DNA of 64,000 bases from Mytilus californianus (taxonomy: Eukaryota): NCBI RefSeq assembly GCF_021869535.1, contig NW_026262734.1, positions 6,014,001 to 6,078,000 on the forward strand, given 5' to 3'. The position numbers and the translations under genes are program-made. Below the pieces are notes generated by a model. It saw only the letters and a program-made list of their open reading frames with translations. It was not told where the DNA came from and made no database searches. Positions 1 through 13,800 of the stretch are shown one piece after another; the first letter of the stretch is position 1, and each line of letters starts with the position of its first letter.

Positions 1-615
1 AAGATATTAGAACTTTCTTAAATGGCAGGGGGACGGGTGACCCCTGGGCACTAACCCTGTATTTCATTTGATGTGCTTTATCATGACAAACCAGAATATA
101 TATGGTTTAGGGGTGGGGATCTCGACCATTTACAAGATATTAGAACTTTCTCAAATGGCAGGGGGTCGGGATGACCCCTGGGGACTAACCCTGTATATCA
201 TTCAAACCATCATAGCATGACAAACCAGAATATATATGGTTTAGGGGTGGGGATCTTGACCACTTACAAGATATTAGAACTTTCTTAAATGGCAGGGGGT
301 GGGGGGACCCCTGGGGACTAACCCTGTATTTCATTTGATGTGCTTTATCATGACAAACCAGAATATATATGGTTTAGGGGTGGGGATCTCGACCATTTAC
401 AAGATATTAGAACTTTCTCAAATGGCAGGGGGTCGGGATGACCTCTGGGGACTAACCTTGTATATCATTCAAACCATCTTAGCATGACAAACCAGAATAT
501 ATATGGTTTAGGGGTGGGGATCTCAACCATTTAAAAGATATTAGAACTTCCTTAAATGGCAGGGGGTGGGGGTGACCCCTGGGGACTAACCCTGTATTTC
601 ATTTAATGTGCTTTA
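1..615. repeat. Tandem repeat, 133/134-bp monomers alternating as an A/B dimer (~267 bp); truncated by window start
   Basis: Motif aagatattagaac recurs at 1, 134, 268, 401 and 535. Alternate units carry ctgtatttcatttgatgtgc or ctgtatatcattcaaaccatc. Confidence 0.9.
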
Positions 616-879
616 TCATTTAGAACATTTTCAATTAAAAAGATTGTGTCTATCACAAACGGTTTTCAATTTATAATCATTTGAAAATTTAAAAAAATAA
701 AATCCCATAGGGTTCTATTGTAAAACCCTCCTTTCTTTTTGCCCCTCAAAGTACCCCTTTATAAACCCCAATGCACAAACAAAACCCTGATTGCACCACT
801 AGACATGTTAGTCTAGCATATTGTGAAACCTTAAGTTAATCGGACAAGCGGTTTTGGAGAACGGGTGCGGACAATTTCA

Positions 880-1047
880 NNNNNNNNNNNNNNNNNNNNN
901 NNNNNNNNNNNNNNNNNNNNNNNNNNNNNNNNNNNNNNNNNNNNNNNNNNNNNNNNNNNNNNNNNNNNNNNNNNNNNNNNNNNNNNNNNNNNNNNNNNNN
1001 NNNNNNNNNNNNNNNNNNNNNNNNNNNNNNNNNNNNNNNNNNNNNNN
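880..1047. other. Assembly gap (168 N)
   Basis: Run of N. Confidence 1.
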
Positions 1048-1114
1048 AAACAATAAGTCTTCCCAAACTTCGTTTGGGAGACTTAATAAAAAGGTAGTGC
1101 AGCATGAACCTGAG

Positions 1115-2970
1115 ACCATAGATGTCAAACAGCAGCAAGAATCAATACAACCACAGATGTTATACTGCAGCAAGAATCAATACGACCACAGATGTCAAAC
1201 AACAGCAAGAATCAATACGACCACAGGTGTCAAACAACAGCAAGAATCAATACGACCACAGATGTCAAACAACAGCAAGAATCAATACGACCACAGGTGT
1301 CAAACAACAGCAAGAATCAATACGACCACAGATGTCATACAGCAGCAAGAATCAATACGACCACAGATGTCATACAGCAGCAAGAATCAATACGACCACA
1401 GATGTCATACAGCAGCATGAATCAATACGACCACAGATGTCAAACAACAGCATGAATCAATACGACCACAGATGCCAAACAACAGCATGAATCAATACGA
1501 CCACAGATGACATACAACAGCATTTATCAAAACGACCACATATGTCATACAGCAGCATGAATCAATACGACCACAGATGTCGTACAGCAGCATGAATTAA
1601 TACGACCACAGATGCCATAGTGCATGAATCAATATGACCACAAATGTCATAAAGCAACATTAATCAATACGAACAAAATATCATACAGCATCATGAATAA
1701 TGAATCAATACGACCACGGATGTCATACAGCAGCATGAATCAATACATCCACGGATGTCATACAGCAGCATGAATCAATACATCCACAGATGTAATACAG
1801 CAGCATGAATAAATACGACCACAAATGTCATACAGCGACATGAATCATGAATCAATACGACCACGGATGTCATACAGCAGCATGAATCAATCCGACCACA
1901 GATGTCATATAGCAGCATGAACATAAATCAAAAGACCACATATGTCATACAGCAACATAAATCAATACGACCACATATGTCATACAGCAGCATGAATTAA
2001 TACGACCACAGATGCCATAGTGCATGAATCAATATGACCACAAATGCCATAAAGCAACGTTAATCAATACGAACAAAAATGTCATACAGCATCATAAATA
2101 ATGAATCAATACGACCACGGATGTCATACAGCGGCATGAATCAGTACATCCACAGATGTAATACAGCAGCATGAATAAAAACGACCACAAATTTCATACA
2201 GCAACATGAATCATGAATCAATACGACCACGGATGTCATACAGCAGCATGAATCAATCCGACCACAGATGTCATATAGCAGCATGAACATAAATCAATAG
2301 ACCACATATGTCATACAGCAACATGAATCAATACGACCACAGATGACATACAGCAACATGAATCAATACGACCACAAATGGCATACAGCAGCATGAATCA
2401 ATACGACCACAAATGTCATACAGCAGCATGAATCAATACGACCACATATGACATATAGCAACATGAATCAATACAACCACAAATGACATACAGCAGCACG
2501 AATCAATATGACCACGGATGTCATACATCAGCATGAATCAATACGACCACAGATGTCATAGAGCAGCATGAATCAATACGACCACAGATCTTATACAGCA
2601 GCATGAATCAATACGACCACAGATTTCATACAGCAGCATGAATCAATACGACCACAAATGTCATACAGCAGCATGAATCAATACGACCACGGATGTCATA
2701 CAGCGGCATGAATCAATACGCTCATATTTGTCATACAGCACCTAGAATCACAGCAGCATGAATCAATAAGACCACAAATGTCATACAGCAGCATGAATCA
2801 ATCCGACTGCAGATGTCATACGGCAGCATGTATCATGAAGCAATACGATCACATATGTCAGACAGCAGCATGAATCAATACGACCACAGATTTCATACAG
2901 CAGCATGAATCAATACGATCGCAGATGTCATACAGCAGCATGAATCAATACGATTACAGATGTCATACAG
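1115..2970. repeat. 35-bp minisatellite (acagcagcatgaatcaatacgaccacagatgtcat)n, ~50 copies
   Basis: Direct reading. The unit is not a multiple of 3 and the overlapping ORFs are repetitive artefacts. Confidence 0.95.
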
Positions 2971-3830
2971 GTATTTATCACTAGTAAATACGTACACAGT
3001 AATATGTTGGATATAGATATGTCTATTTGTAAAACGGCAGTGTTAAATAATATTAATGAAGAGATATGTGGAACTAGGAGCTGTAACAACACCACTAACA
3101 ACAACAATACTTTTGAGGGTTACATAGTAAGCTATATAACTAGTCTTCCTTGAGGTCCTCATCTTAGAAAAAGCATACACAAAAAGTCGTTGGAAAAACA
3201 CAATGCAAACATCAATATAAATGACATACATTAGTATAAAAGTCAAGTATAATGATCAATGTTCAATACAACTGCATAAAATGTTATGAAAAAATAAACA
3301 TGAAGTAATAATTAATATTTAATATTTTTCAATTCAATGGTTGATTTATAGTATAAAAATGAAGGTTTTTTTTATCAAATATGAAAATATGATTTATGAT
3401 TTGTAGTCCATTATGTTTGGTAGTATTTTGGAAATGTTGTAAAAGCAATGAGGAATGAGAACATTATTAGCAGGTTTAAGATGATTAAATAAGATAAAAT
3501 ATAAAAGATTCTATGAACCAATATGAAAAGCTATTTAGCCCTTTTTACCCATCTCAAATCTGACTGCAAATGGAGTAAATAGAAATGTCATAAGGAATCC
3601 ACAGAAAGAAAAACATGGAACGAGAAATAAAAAAGTTTGTTTTTGGGGGTTTGGCTGTCTTTGGCACCACTTTTGTGACTCATAGTTCACAAACCATTAT
3701 CAAGAAGCTCATGAGAGCTGGAATAACTCAACTTTTTGTGTAAATCTTGCACCAATGGTTATTTTTTTTTATTTTATGATTTTTAAAGATAATAACAAAA
3801 AATTGCCATATTTTCTTAAAATCTATAATT

Positions 3831-4356
3831 CAGTGACAACAAATCTGTTCTAAGGGGTGTAACTCCTGGAAAAAAAATTGAATCGTAATTTCCTGTCGAT
3901 ATGCACATCTATGTAGTATGTCCTTATTATCTGAAAAGGTTTCATGAAATTCTGTTGTGTGGTTTGAGAGGAGTTGCGATGACAAAAGGTTGCAGTAGTA
4001 TATTGGGCAAATAAGTTCAAAGGGGCGTAACTCCTGGAAAAAAAATTGAATCGTAATTTCCTGTCGATATGCACATCTAAGTAGTATGTCCTTATTATCT
4101 GAAAAGGTTTCATGAAATTCTGTTGTGTGGTTTGAGAGGAGTTGCGATGACAAAAGGTTGCAGTAGTATATTGGGCAAATAAGTTCAAAGGGGCATAACT
4201 CCTGGAAAAAAAATTCAATCATAATTTCCTGTCGATATGCACATCTACGTAGTATGTCCTTATTATCTGAAAAGGTTTCATGAAATTCTGTTGTGTGGTT
4301 TGAGAGGAGTTGCGATGACAAGAAACAGGACTGACGGACTGACGGACGGACGGACA

Positions 4357-4406
<50 letters not shown>

Positions 4407-4408
4407 AA
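3831..4408 (+). mobile_element. Non-autonomous Helentron-associated (HINE / pearl-like) element with 168-bp internal tandem repeats
   Basis: Three 168-bp units (gggg at 3854, 4022, 4190), then a (GACG/GACT)n microsatellite and a terminal palindrome tataccctccgcaactcgttgcgtggggtata. Confidence 0.7.
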
Positions 4409-4677
4409 TACTGTAGATTCATTTATATTCGTGGATAGCAATTTTCGTATATTGAAAAAAACTTGCATTTATGTGGGTACTTGATTGTGTTTTTCCCGAA
4501 GTCTGAATACAGGCCTATAGAAAATTAGTTAATCTTTGAACATTTAAATTTGTGGTTCACCTGTACCTACAAAATCCACGAAAATTGGTATCCAAAGAAT
4601 AATAATGAATTCTCAATACATTGTAAAAGGAAATATTACAAACAAATATTACAAATTAAAATTATGTATGGTAGAAA

Positions 4678-4878
4678 CTACATCCTACAGTATTTCTTTT
4701 CCATTTCTCTCTTTGTAAAGTTTTCCATGTCAATGAGCAAAGAAATAAGAGTCCTTCTTCCATCTCTAGCTAGAATGTTAAAATGATTGCTATATAAAAC
4801 TTCTGCAGTTAACTTTGGTTTACCCAGGCTAATTTGCTGGAAATATTCCTTTGTGCCTCTATAATACACAAGTGTAAC
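4678..4878 (-). CDS. Nuclease-like gene terminal exon 5 (VTLVYYRG...KKYCRM*)
   Basis: ttttattttgttttag| then 66 codons and TAG. Confidence 0.85.
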   Translation of the reverse strand, partial: VTLVYYRGTKEYFQQISLGKPKLTAEVLYSNHFNILARDGRRTLISLLIDMENFTKREMEKKYCRM

Positions 4879-7800
4879 CTAAAACAAAATAAAATTAAAT
4901 TAAATAAATGAATAAAAAATAACCTTTTGGTGTAAAACCTCTCAATCTCAACAATATATCCCCTGAATGGTTAACAAATACACACTAGAGGCTCCCAGGA
5001 GCATAAATTGCTAAAATTGTCAGGTTTATCCAATATCAAGGTTTATCAAACAGTATTTTGTGAAAATTTCGTTCTGATCTTTCTGACTGATAATTTCCTT
5101 TCTCAGCGCAGTAGTGAGAATAGATATTTTAGCTACAAACTAAGGAGGCACATGCTGTTGTCAATGTAAACATCAATGACGTCATAGGCAAAATAGCGAT
5201 AAACAAATTATCATTGGTCAACTTCAGTCAATTGCTTTTCATGTTTTTGATGTGATGACTAATGCGATAAAAATCAATCTTGTGTAGATGATCAACTATA
5301 ATTTATAATTATCCAATATTTTTCCAAATTATTAAAATTGAGGCGAAAGATACCAAAGGGACATTCAAACTCAGAAGTCGAAAATAAACTGACAACTCCA
5401 TGGCAAAAAAAGGAAAAAGACCAAAAGACAAACAACAGTACACAAAACACAACATAGAAAACTAAAGACTGAGCAAAACGAACCCCACCACAAACTGGGG
5501 TGATCTCAGGTGCTCCGGAAGGGTAAGCAGATCCTGCTCCATATGTGGTACCCGTCGTGTTGGTTATGTAAGTACTAACCCACAATGATGTGTTGTGATA
5601 AAGATAATCAAAGTGCTTGTAAGCACTGAAGGGTAAAGATTGCTTTAATTTATCAGTGGGAAGTCAAATTAAACCTTGCATTGGATGTACTACAATTATG
5701 GACAAAGGTAGATAACTCCAATCTTAAAGATTACTTTAACAATGACATCATTGATATTTTTAGAACAGATATTAGATTCCTGCACCTTACACAAGTTATG
5801 TAATTTTCTTGACAAGTTTAACATCATTTTGTAACTTCAATATCTGAGCATATATTTCATTGATAAATTTCTGGAAATGTTCATGGATAGGATGTTTAGA
5901 ATGTTATGATCAATGCATTATATTTTGTGTATCTCAAAAAGTAGTGATAAACCTTGGAAGATTTAGATATCAAGTCAGTACCATAGGGTTTTGATTGCAT
6001 TTTATGCAATCTTTACCCCCAAAAAACACTTCTGAACTCACTCATATGGTAATTCCTAGATCCATTATTTCTGTTGTGTTTTGGGGAAGTCCTAGAGACC
6101 AGCGTCGTCAGTAGTCTACTCAAAAGATGTTTATTTTTCGAGAGCGATTTATTTTCGCAAGTAGAAAAATAAAGCAAATGTAAATCGTGGATCTTTCCTT
6201 ATAAAACTACATCAAGTAAATTTGAAAATCACAAAATAAAATCGCCCCAAAGTAGGATAGAAAGGGCTAATTGCAAAATAAAGTATCCACAAAAATAAGT
6301 TGGTTTAGTGAAGTAAATGTTTTTAAAAATTACAGCACTTGATGTACACTCGATGTAAAAAATGTTTGGTCGTGACTTACCTTTGTTTCTTGAACAAGTA
6401 ATCCATATATTCCTCTAAATCCAAATAATGACTGACCAGACTGGACAACTACTAACATCTCTCCAATGTGTTGAGCTTTAACATGGTCATCTACATGACT
6501 AGCACATTGATGAGGTACTATTGTTCTATTCCTCAAATTGTTAGCCCTTCTTTCTTCATCCTCCTTTCCATATATTCTTTTTGCCTGTAAATGCAAAACA
6601 ATCTCAGACAACCCTTCACTTTATTTCATTTACTTTTTACTGATATGCTTAAAAAGCTAAACATGAGCTCTAATTGGACATACAGACAATTCTTGAGACA
6701 AAATAAGTCATCTTATCATACTCCCTGCAAAACAATTTTTTTTAGGGGGTGGGGGTATATAGGAATCACCTTGTCCTTTTGTCTGTCAGTCTGTCCATCC
6801 ATGAACCTGGGCATGAAGGAATACTATTACTGTCTAAAAATTGGAAGTAAAGATAATTCAAATTATACTCTCAAAGCAGGAGGAATCATTCAATATAGTA
6901 GACCTACTACACATGAGAAACAGACACAATCTCTTAAACTTAATGTTGGTCAATAAACAATTAAAATGATGTCATGATCAGATAAACTGTCATACAAGAC
7001 ATCTTGTGCAAATAAATCAGCATGAAACTTACTAAATTTGGATTTAAGTTATACATGTTATAAATAATTTAAAAATACAAGAGTGCACAAGGTGAAATGC
7101 CTTGCCTGTTTTACTTGTCAATAAATTCATGTGCAAGATATGTAATATAATAGAAAAACAAAGGATATGGGTATCCATCCATTACACAAAATACAAATAT
7201 GAAGGTTTTACTACAAGTATGACATAAACTAACATTTTCAATGTTCTATGAAAATAAGGTCACAGTCAGATGAACCATGTCAGACAGACATGTACACCTT
7301 ACAATCATTCCATACACCAAATATAGCTGACCTTTTGCAGCTTTGCTTATGGTATCTGATACACTGACAAAATTACAAAAACTTGTCATTGACAAATGAA
7401 CCATGAAAATGAGGTCAAGGTCATATGAACCCTGTCTGACAGACATGTACACCTTACAATCCTTCAATACATCAAATATAATTGACCTATTGCTTATAAT
7501 ATTTGAGAAATAGACCAAACCATAAAAACTAAACATTGTCCAATAAACCATGAAATTAAAGTCAAAGTCAGATGAAACCTGTCAGTATGACATGTACACC
7601 TTACAATCATTCAATACAATAAATATAATTGACTTATTGCTTATAGTATCTGGGATACGGACTTGACCATGCAACTTTAACCTTGATCACTGATCCATGA
7701 AATGAGGTCGAGGTCAGGTGAACACTACTGATGGACATGTAGACATTGCAAGGAACCCATATACCAAATATAGTTATACTATTACTCATAATAAGTTTTT

Positions 7801-10800
7801 CACTTTTCAAATAAAAAGCTTCGCCAAGCAGCCTGATACGACCGCAGAGGTCGAACCCTGAACAGTTGGGGCAAGTTTGGACACAATATGAGTTTCTGAC
7901 ACAAAATAAATGTGGTCAAAGATCTTAAAAATTTGAAATGGGACATTTAATTTACCTAGTATGGTCTGAGATCCAAAATCTAACAACGTGGTTAGATTCA
8001 GCATATAAAAAAACACCAAAAATTTAATTTTAGTTGAAATCAAACAAAGTTGAATTTTGGACCCTTCAATCCTCAATATGGACTAATTTGAAAACAGGGC
8101 CCATAATAAAAAATCTAAATGCACAATAACACAATAAGATTCAGCATATCATAGAGCCGCAATAATTCAGTATTTGATGAAATCAAACAAAGTTTAATTT
8201 TGGCCCCTTTGGACTTCAATGTAGACCAATTTAAAATGGGGCCAAATCTACAAAATAGTAATACATATTAGAACCCCCAAAAATTAAAGACTTTAAATTA
8301 ATCCCATTGAAATTGGTAAAAGATTTGTATTCATTTTCAATTGATTTGATTGATTTTGATTTTTGGTGTTTTAACGCCACTTTTCAGCACCGCTTTTGGG
8401 CTATTTCGTGGCGGCCAGTTTTTATTGGTGCAATGGTGGAGGAAGCCGGAGTGCCCAGAGAAAACCAACGACCTTCGATAGGAAAACTGACAATCCTAGT
8501 CAATTAAGATCGGATTCGAGTGCACCCGCACGAGCAGGGTTTAAACTCACAACCTCAGTTTGACTGGCTAGTGATTACAGTAGTAACTACTTAGACCACT
8601 CGGCCACCAAGGTCCCCATTTTCAATTGAAGATTTCTTGCTATTGCGCAATACTGTGCTGTTGAACAATACTTAGTTAATCTGTTATATATAATAATTTA
8701 CACACACTGTTTGGTGTGTATCTCCTACCATATCATTATTTGTTGCTTTTATATATAAATCAGAAATAAACAATGTAAAAGTGGAAAATTTTTGGGGGAA
8801 AAAAACAAAAAATTATGAAAAAAAAATCCAAAAAAAATTCTGGAAACTAGAGACACTTATTTCTTATCGTTTAGGACAATAACCCCCGAAAGTCAATCCC
8901 AGCCTTCCCTTTGTGGTATGGAACCTTGTAGTACAATTTCAGAGAGATCCATACACTTACACCCAAGTTATTGTCCGGAAACTACAAAAATGCTTGTTTT
9001 TGGCCCCTTTTTTTGCCCTGAATTCCTGAAGGTTTGGGGCAATTACCCCCAAACTCAATCCCAGCCTTCCCTTTGTGATATGGAACCTTGTGGTACAATT
9101 TCAGAGAGATCCATACACTTACACAAGTTATTGTCCAGAAACTACAAAAATGCTTCTTTTTGGCCCCAAATTCCTAAACTGTTGGTACCATAACCCCCAA
9201 AATCAATCCCAACCTTCCTTTAGTGGTATTGAACCTTCTGGTGAAATTTCATAGGGATCCATTCACTTAAACTAAAGTTATTGTCTGGAAACCTAATGTG
9301 TCTTTGGACGACGACGACATGATAGCATTATACTAACACAAATTTTTTGCGGTCGTATAAAAAATATAATTTTTTTTTCAAGCAGTCACTGAACCATGAA
9401 AGGACAAGGACAATGGACATATGACAGAAGGAAACTCTGACCCCAGATTGTTATACCTATGTCTAGCATTCTGCAACTCACCCTTTTGTTGCCGGAAAGA
9501 CAATAAATGACTTAATAAAAATCAATGAACTGAATCAAACTTAAACTTGATCTAGAACTATACACCTGTATACCATAAAAGAACAGCCTTCTAATGTCCC
9601 CCACAAAACCATTTATTTGCATGAAAGCCATTACAAGGCGATTTTCAATGTAATTTACATTCAAAGGGGCATAACTCCAGCATAGATGGTTAATCAGTGC
9701 TGATTTTCAAACTTGTCCAAAAGACTGGTGTCAGATATAAACCTTTTGGTAAGTATTGCAGCGAGGACAATTAACTGTTCATACAGTGATATATCTCGCC
9801 TAACGGCAGAAATTCTAAAAAAGACAATCTGATGGACAGCAACATTGCTAGTTAATTCAAAGTCACTGGATGGTGACCTAGGGGGCAGGGCCTTGAAATA
9901 GTCGTCAAACTGATATGTACTGATAGCAATGCAATTTTTACAAAATATCATAGATCTATCACAAGTAGTGTCTATCAAACTGATTTAAGCAAAAAACGTT
10001 ACATAGAAAATTGCTAATTAATTCAGTCACTGGACCATGACCTAGGGGGCAGGGCCTGGAAATAGTTGTCAAACTGATATGAACTGATGGTTATGCAACT
10101 TGATAGAAATATTATAGATCTATCACAAATAGTTCCTATCTTACTGACATATAAGCAGAAAATTTAACAATTGTTGAATTGGACAATGACGATGCCGCCA
10201 GATAAGCAACACCTATGTCTCGCAGGCGAGACAAAAAAGTCGATAAACCAGAACAAAACTTAAACTCTATCTGTAACTCATCAATATACACTTGTTTATC
10301 ATAAATCAATTCAATATGTCAAGTTGTTAAGAAGAAAGTCCTGAAACTGAAGTGTTACAGAATAACAGAAAGACAGAAAGACTGAATGACGGACAAGGGT
10401 AAAATTATATGCCCCAGATAACTTGTGGAGGCATAAAAAGCAATAGTCCATGTAACCAATCTTCTATTGCTTATCATTTTTGCAATTTAAAGTCTATGTC
10501 TACCTTTATCATGTTTATACAAGCTACAAATGCATAAAATGGTAAAATAAAAGAAAGAAGATATTTAAGGGCGACAACTTCTATTGTTAGCCCTCCGACA
10601 ACTTTAGTCATAACTTTTATGTAAACCTACTGCTGAACATTTTTGATGTAGGTTTTTAAAGTTTGAGTCTATCCATTAGGCCAACTAAAATTAATCAGTA
10701 GATTTTCATCCAGATTTTTTTTTTTTAAATGGGGCGGGTGGGAGGATTTTATTTTTTTTTATTTCCTCCTTTACCCTTTTGTGACGTGTTGTTCATATAC

Positions 10801-13800
10801 AAGGGTAATAATAAGCTTATATCATGTATATATAAGGAATTCTACATTATTTTTTGAATTCTTGAATTAATCTTTTTGATTGGCAACCACTGTTTTACAT
10901 GTAATTGCCGCTTTAGAAACCTATTTTTAGTAAATAGCAAAAACGTGGAGAAATTTCTCTTTTAGACTACCTAGATCAAATTTATTTTGCTTTCTAAGCT
11001 ATGATTTGTAACTCTCATAAAACGAAGCATATGCATAGGTATGCAACACAAATATGATGAGATGAAATGGAATTATTGGCGGTTACCGGTAACGGAAATG
11101 AACAAAATCCGGAAATGTTTAAAAATCAAAAAAATCGAGGCGGGCGGGGATGAAAATCTATTGATAAATTTTAATTGGCCTTATAGTTAGAAAATAGCTA
11201 ATACAATAGGTTTCCAAAAAACAACCAAAAACAATTAGTTTCCAAAAAACAACCAATGAAGGGCAATAACTCCTATAACAAGTCATCTGACAATTTTGGA
11301 CATGAAACTTTTAGGAAATTATCAATTGTTGATCAACTTTGCTAATCAAAGTTTTTTGTCTATCTATTATAATATAGCTTTGAGATAATATAATATACAA
11401 ATTGTAAATGTAATATTGGTCAAATTTCATGTTTCAGTTATATATGTTACTTTTTATTTACCAATGTCACATTTATCCCAAGGTATTCCTTATTGCAATT
11501 TTTACATTCTATCTTACCTCAACGACAGCAACAACTTTAGTGACAAAGTGTGATCCATCTGTATCCTTATAAATGCCAAAACCTTTTACTAATGCATCAG
11601 GAGTAGATGTCTTCTGATTAGACTTTAATGAGGAAGATGTGTCTGATCCATCACTGAAGTTATAAATACAGATTAGACTTTAATGAGGAAGATGTGTCTG
11701 GTCCATCACTGAAGTTATAAATACAGATTAGACTTTAATGAGGAAGATGTGTCTGGTCCATCACTGAAGTTATAAATACAGATTAGACTTTAATGAGGAA
11801 GATGTGTCTGTTCCATCACTGAAGTTACAAATACAGATTAGACTTTAATGAGGAAGATGTGTCTGGTCCATCACTAAAGTTATATAAACAGATTAGACTT
11901 TAATGAGGAAGATGTGTCTGGTCCATCACTGAAGTTATAAATACAGATTAGACTTTAATGAGGAAGATGTGTCTGATCCATCACTGAAGTTATAAATACA
12001 GATTAGACTTTAATGGGGAAGATGTGTCTTGTCCATCACTGAAGTTATAAATACAGATTAGACTTTAATGGGGAAGATGTGTCTTGTCCATCACTGAAGT
12101 TACATAAACAGATTAGACTTTAATGAGGAAGATGTGTCTGGTCCATCATTGAAGTTATAAATACAGATTAGACTTTAATGGGGAAGATGTGTCTTGTCCA
12201 TCACTGAAGTTACATAAACAGATTAGACTTTAATGAGGAAGATGTGTCTGGTCCATCACTGAAGTTATATAAACAGATAAGACTTTAATGAGGAAGATGT
12301 GTCTGATCCATCACTGAAGTAATAAATACAGATTAGACTTTAATGAGGAAGATGTGTCTGATTCATCATTGAAGTTATATAAACAGATTAGACTTTAATG
12401 AGGAAGATGTGTCTGATCCATCACTGAAGTAATAAATACAGATTAGACTTTAATGAGGAAGATGTGTCTAATTCATCATTGAAGTTATATAAACAGATTA
12501 GACTTTAATGAGGAAGATGTGTATGGTCCATCACTGAAGTTATATAAACAGATTAGACTTTAATGAAAAAGATGTGTCTGGTCCATCACTGAAGTTATAT
12601 AAACAGATTAGACTTTAATGAGAAAGATGTGTCTGATCCATCACTGAAGTTACAAATACAGATTAGACTTTAATGAGGAAGATGTGTCTGATCCATCACT
12701 GAAGTTATATAAACAGATTAGACTTTAATGAGGAAGATATGTCTGGTCCATCACTGAAGTTATAAATACAGATTAGACTTTAATGAGGAAGATGTGTCTG
12801 GTCCATCACTGAAGTTATAAATACAGATTAGACTTTAATGAGGTGGATGTGTCTGATCCATCACTGAAGTTATAAATACAGATTAGACTTTAATGAGGAA
12901 GATGTGTCTGATCCATCACTGAAGTTATATAAACAGATTAGACTTTAATGAGGAAGATATGTCTGGTCCATCACTGAAGTTATAAATACAGATTAGACTT
13001 TAATGAGGAAGATGTGTCTGGTCCATCACTGAAGTTATAAATACAGATTAGACTTTAATGAGGAAGATGTGTCTGATCCATCACTGAAGTTACATAAACA
13101 GATTAGACTTTAATGAGGAAGATGTGTCTGATCCATCACTGAAGTTACATAAACAGATTAGACTTTAATGAGGAAGATGTGTCTGGTCCATCACTGAAGT
13201 TATATAAACAGATTAGACTTTAATGAGGAAGATGCGTCTGATCCATCACTGAAGTTATATAAACAGATTAGACTTTAATGAGAAAGATGTGTCTGGTCCA
13301 TCACTGAAGTTATATAAACAGATTAGACTTTAATGAGGAAGATGTGTCTGATCCATCACTGAAGTTATAAATACAGATTAGACTTTAATGAGGAAGATGT
13401 GTCTGATCCATCACTAAAGTTATATAAACAGATTAGACTTTAATGAGGAAGATGTGTCTGGTCCATCACTGAAGTTATAAATACAGATTAGACTTTAATG
13501 AGGAAGATGTGTCTGGTCCATCACTGAAGTTATATAAACAGATTAGACTTTAATGAGGAAGATGTGTCTGATCCATCACTGAAGTTATAAATACAGGTTA
13601 GACTTTAATGAGGAAGATGTGTCTGATCCATCACTGAAGTTATTAATACAGATTAGACTTTAATGAGGAAGATGTGTCTGGTCCATCACTGAAGTTATAA
13701 ATACAGATTAGACTTTAATGAGGAAGATGTGTCTGGTCCATCACTAAATACAGATCAGACCTTAATGAGGAAGATGTGTCTGGTCCATCACTGAAGTTAC

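Noticed and set aside
854-2970. Q-rich ORFs and a cag|gtattt donor at the end of the 35-bp array as a coding exon
   Set aside because: The 35-bp period breaks the frame, the ORFs run through the N gap, and no matching acceptor or partner exon was found.
3830-4468. 212-aa and 122-aa ORFs
   Set aside because: They result from three 168-bp (codon-multiple) internal repeats of a non-autonomous element.
8530-8617. tRNA gene
   Set aside because: The A and B boxes are followed by a SINE body and an (AATC)n tail, a second copy exists, and no clean cloverleaf or acceptor stem is evident.
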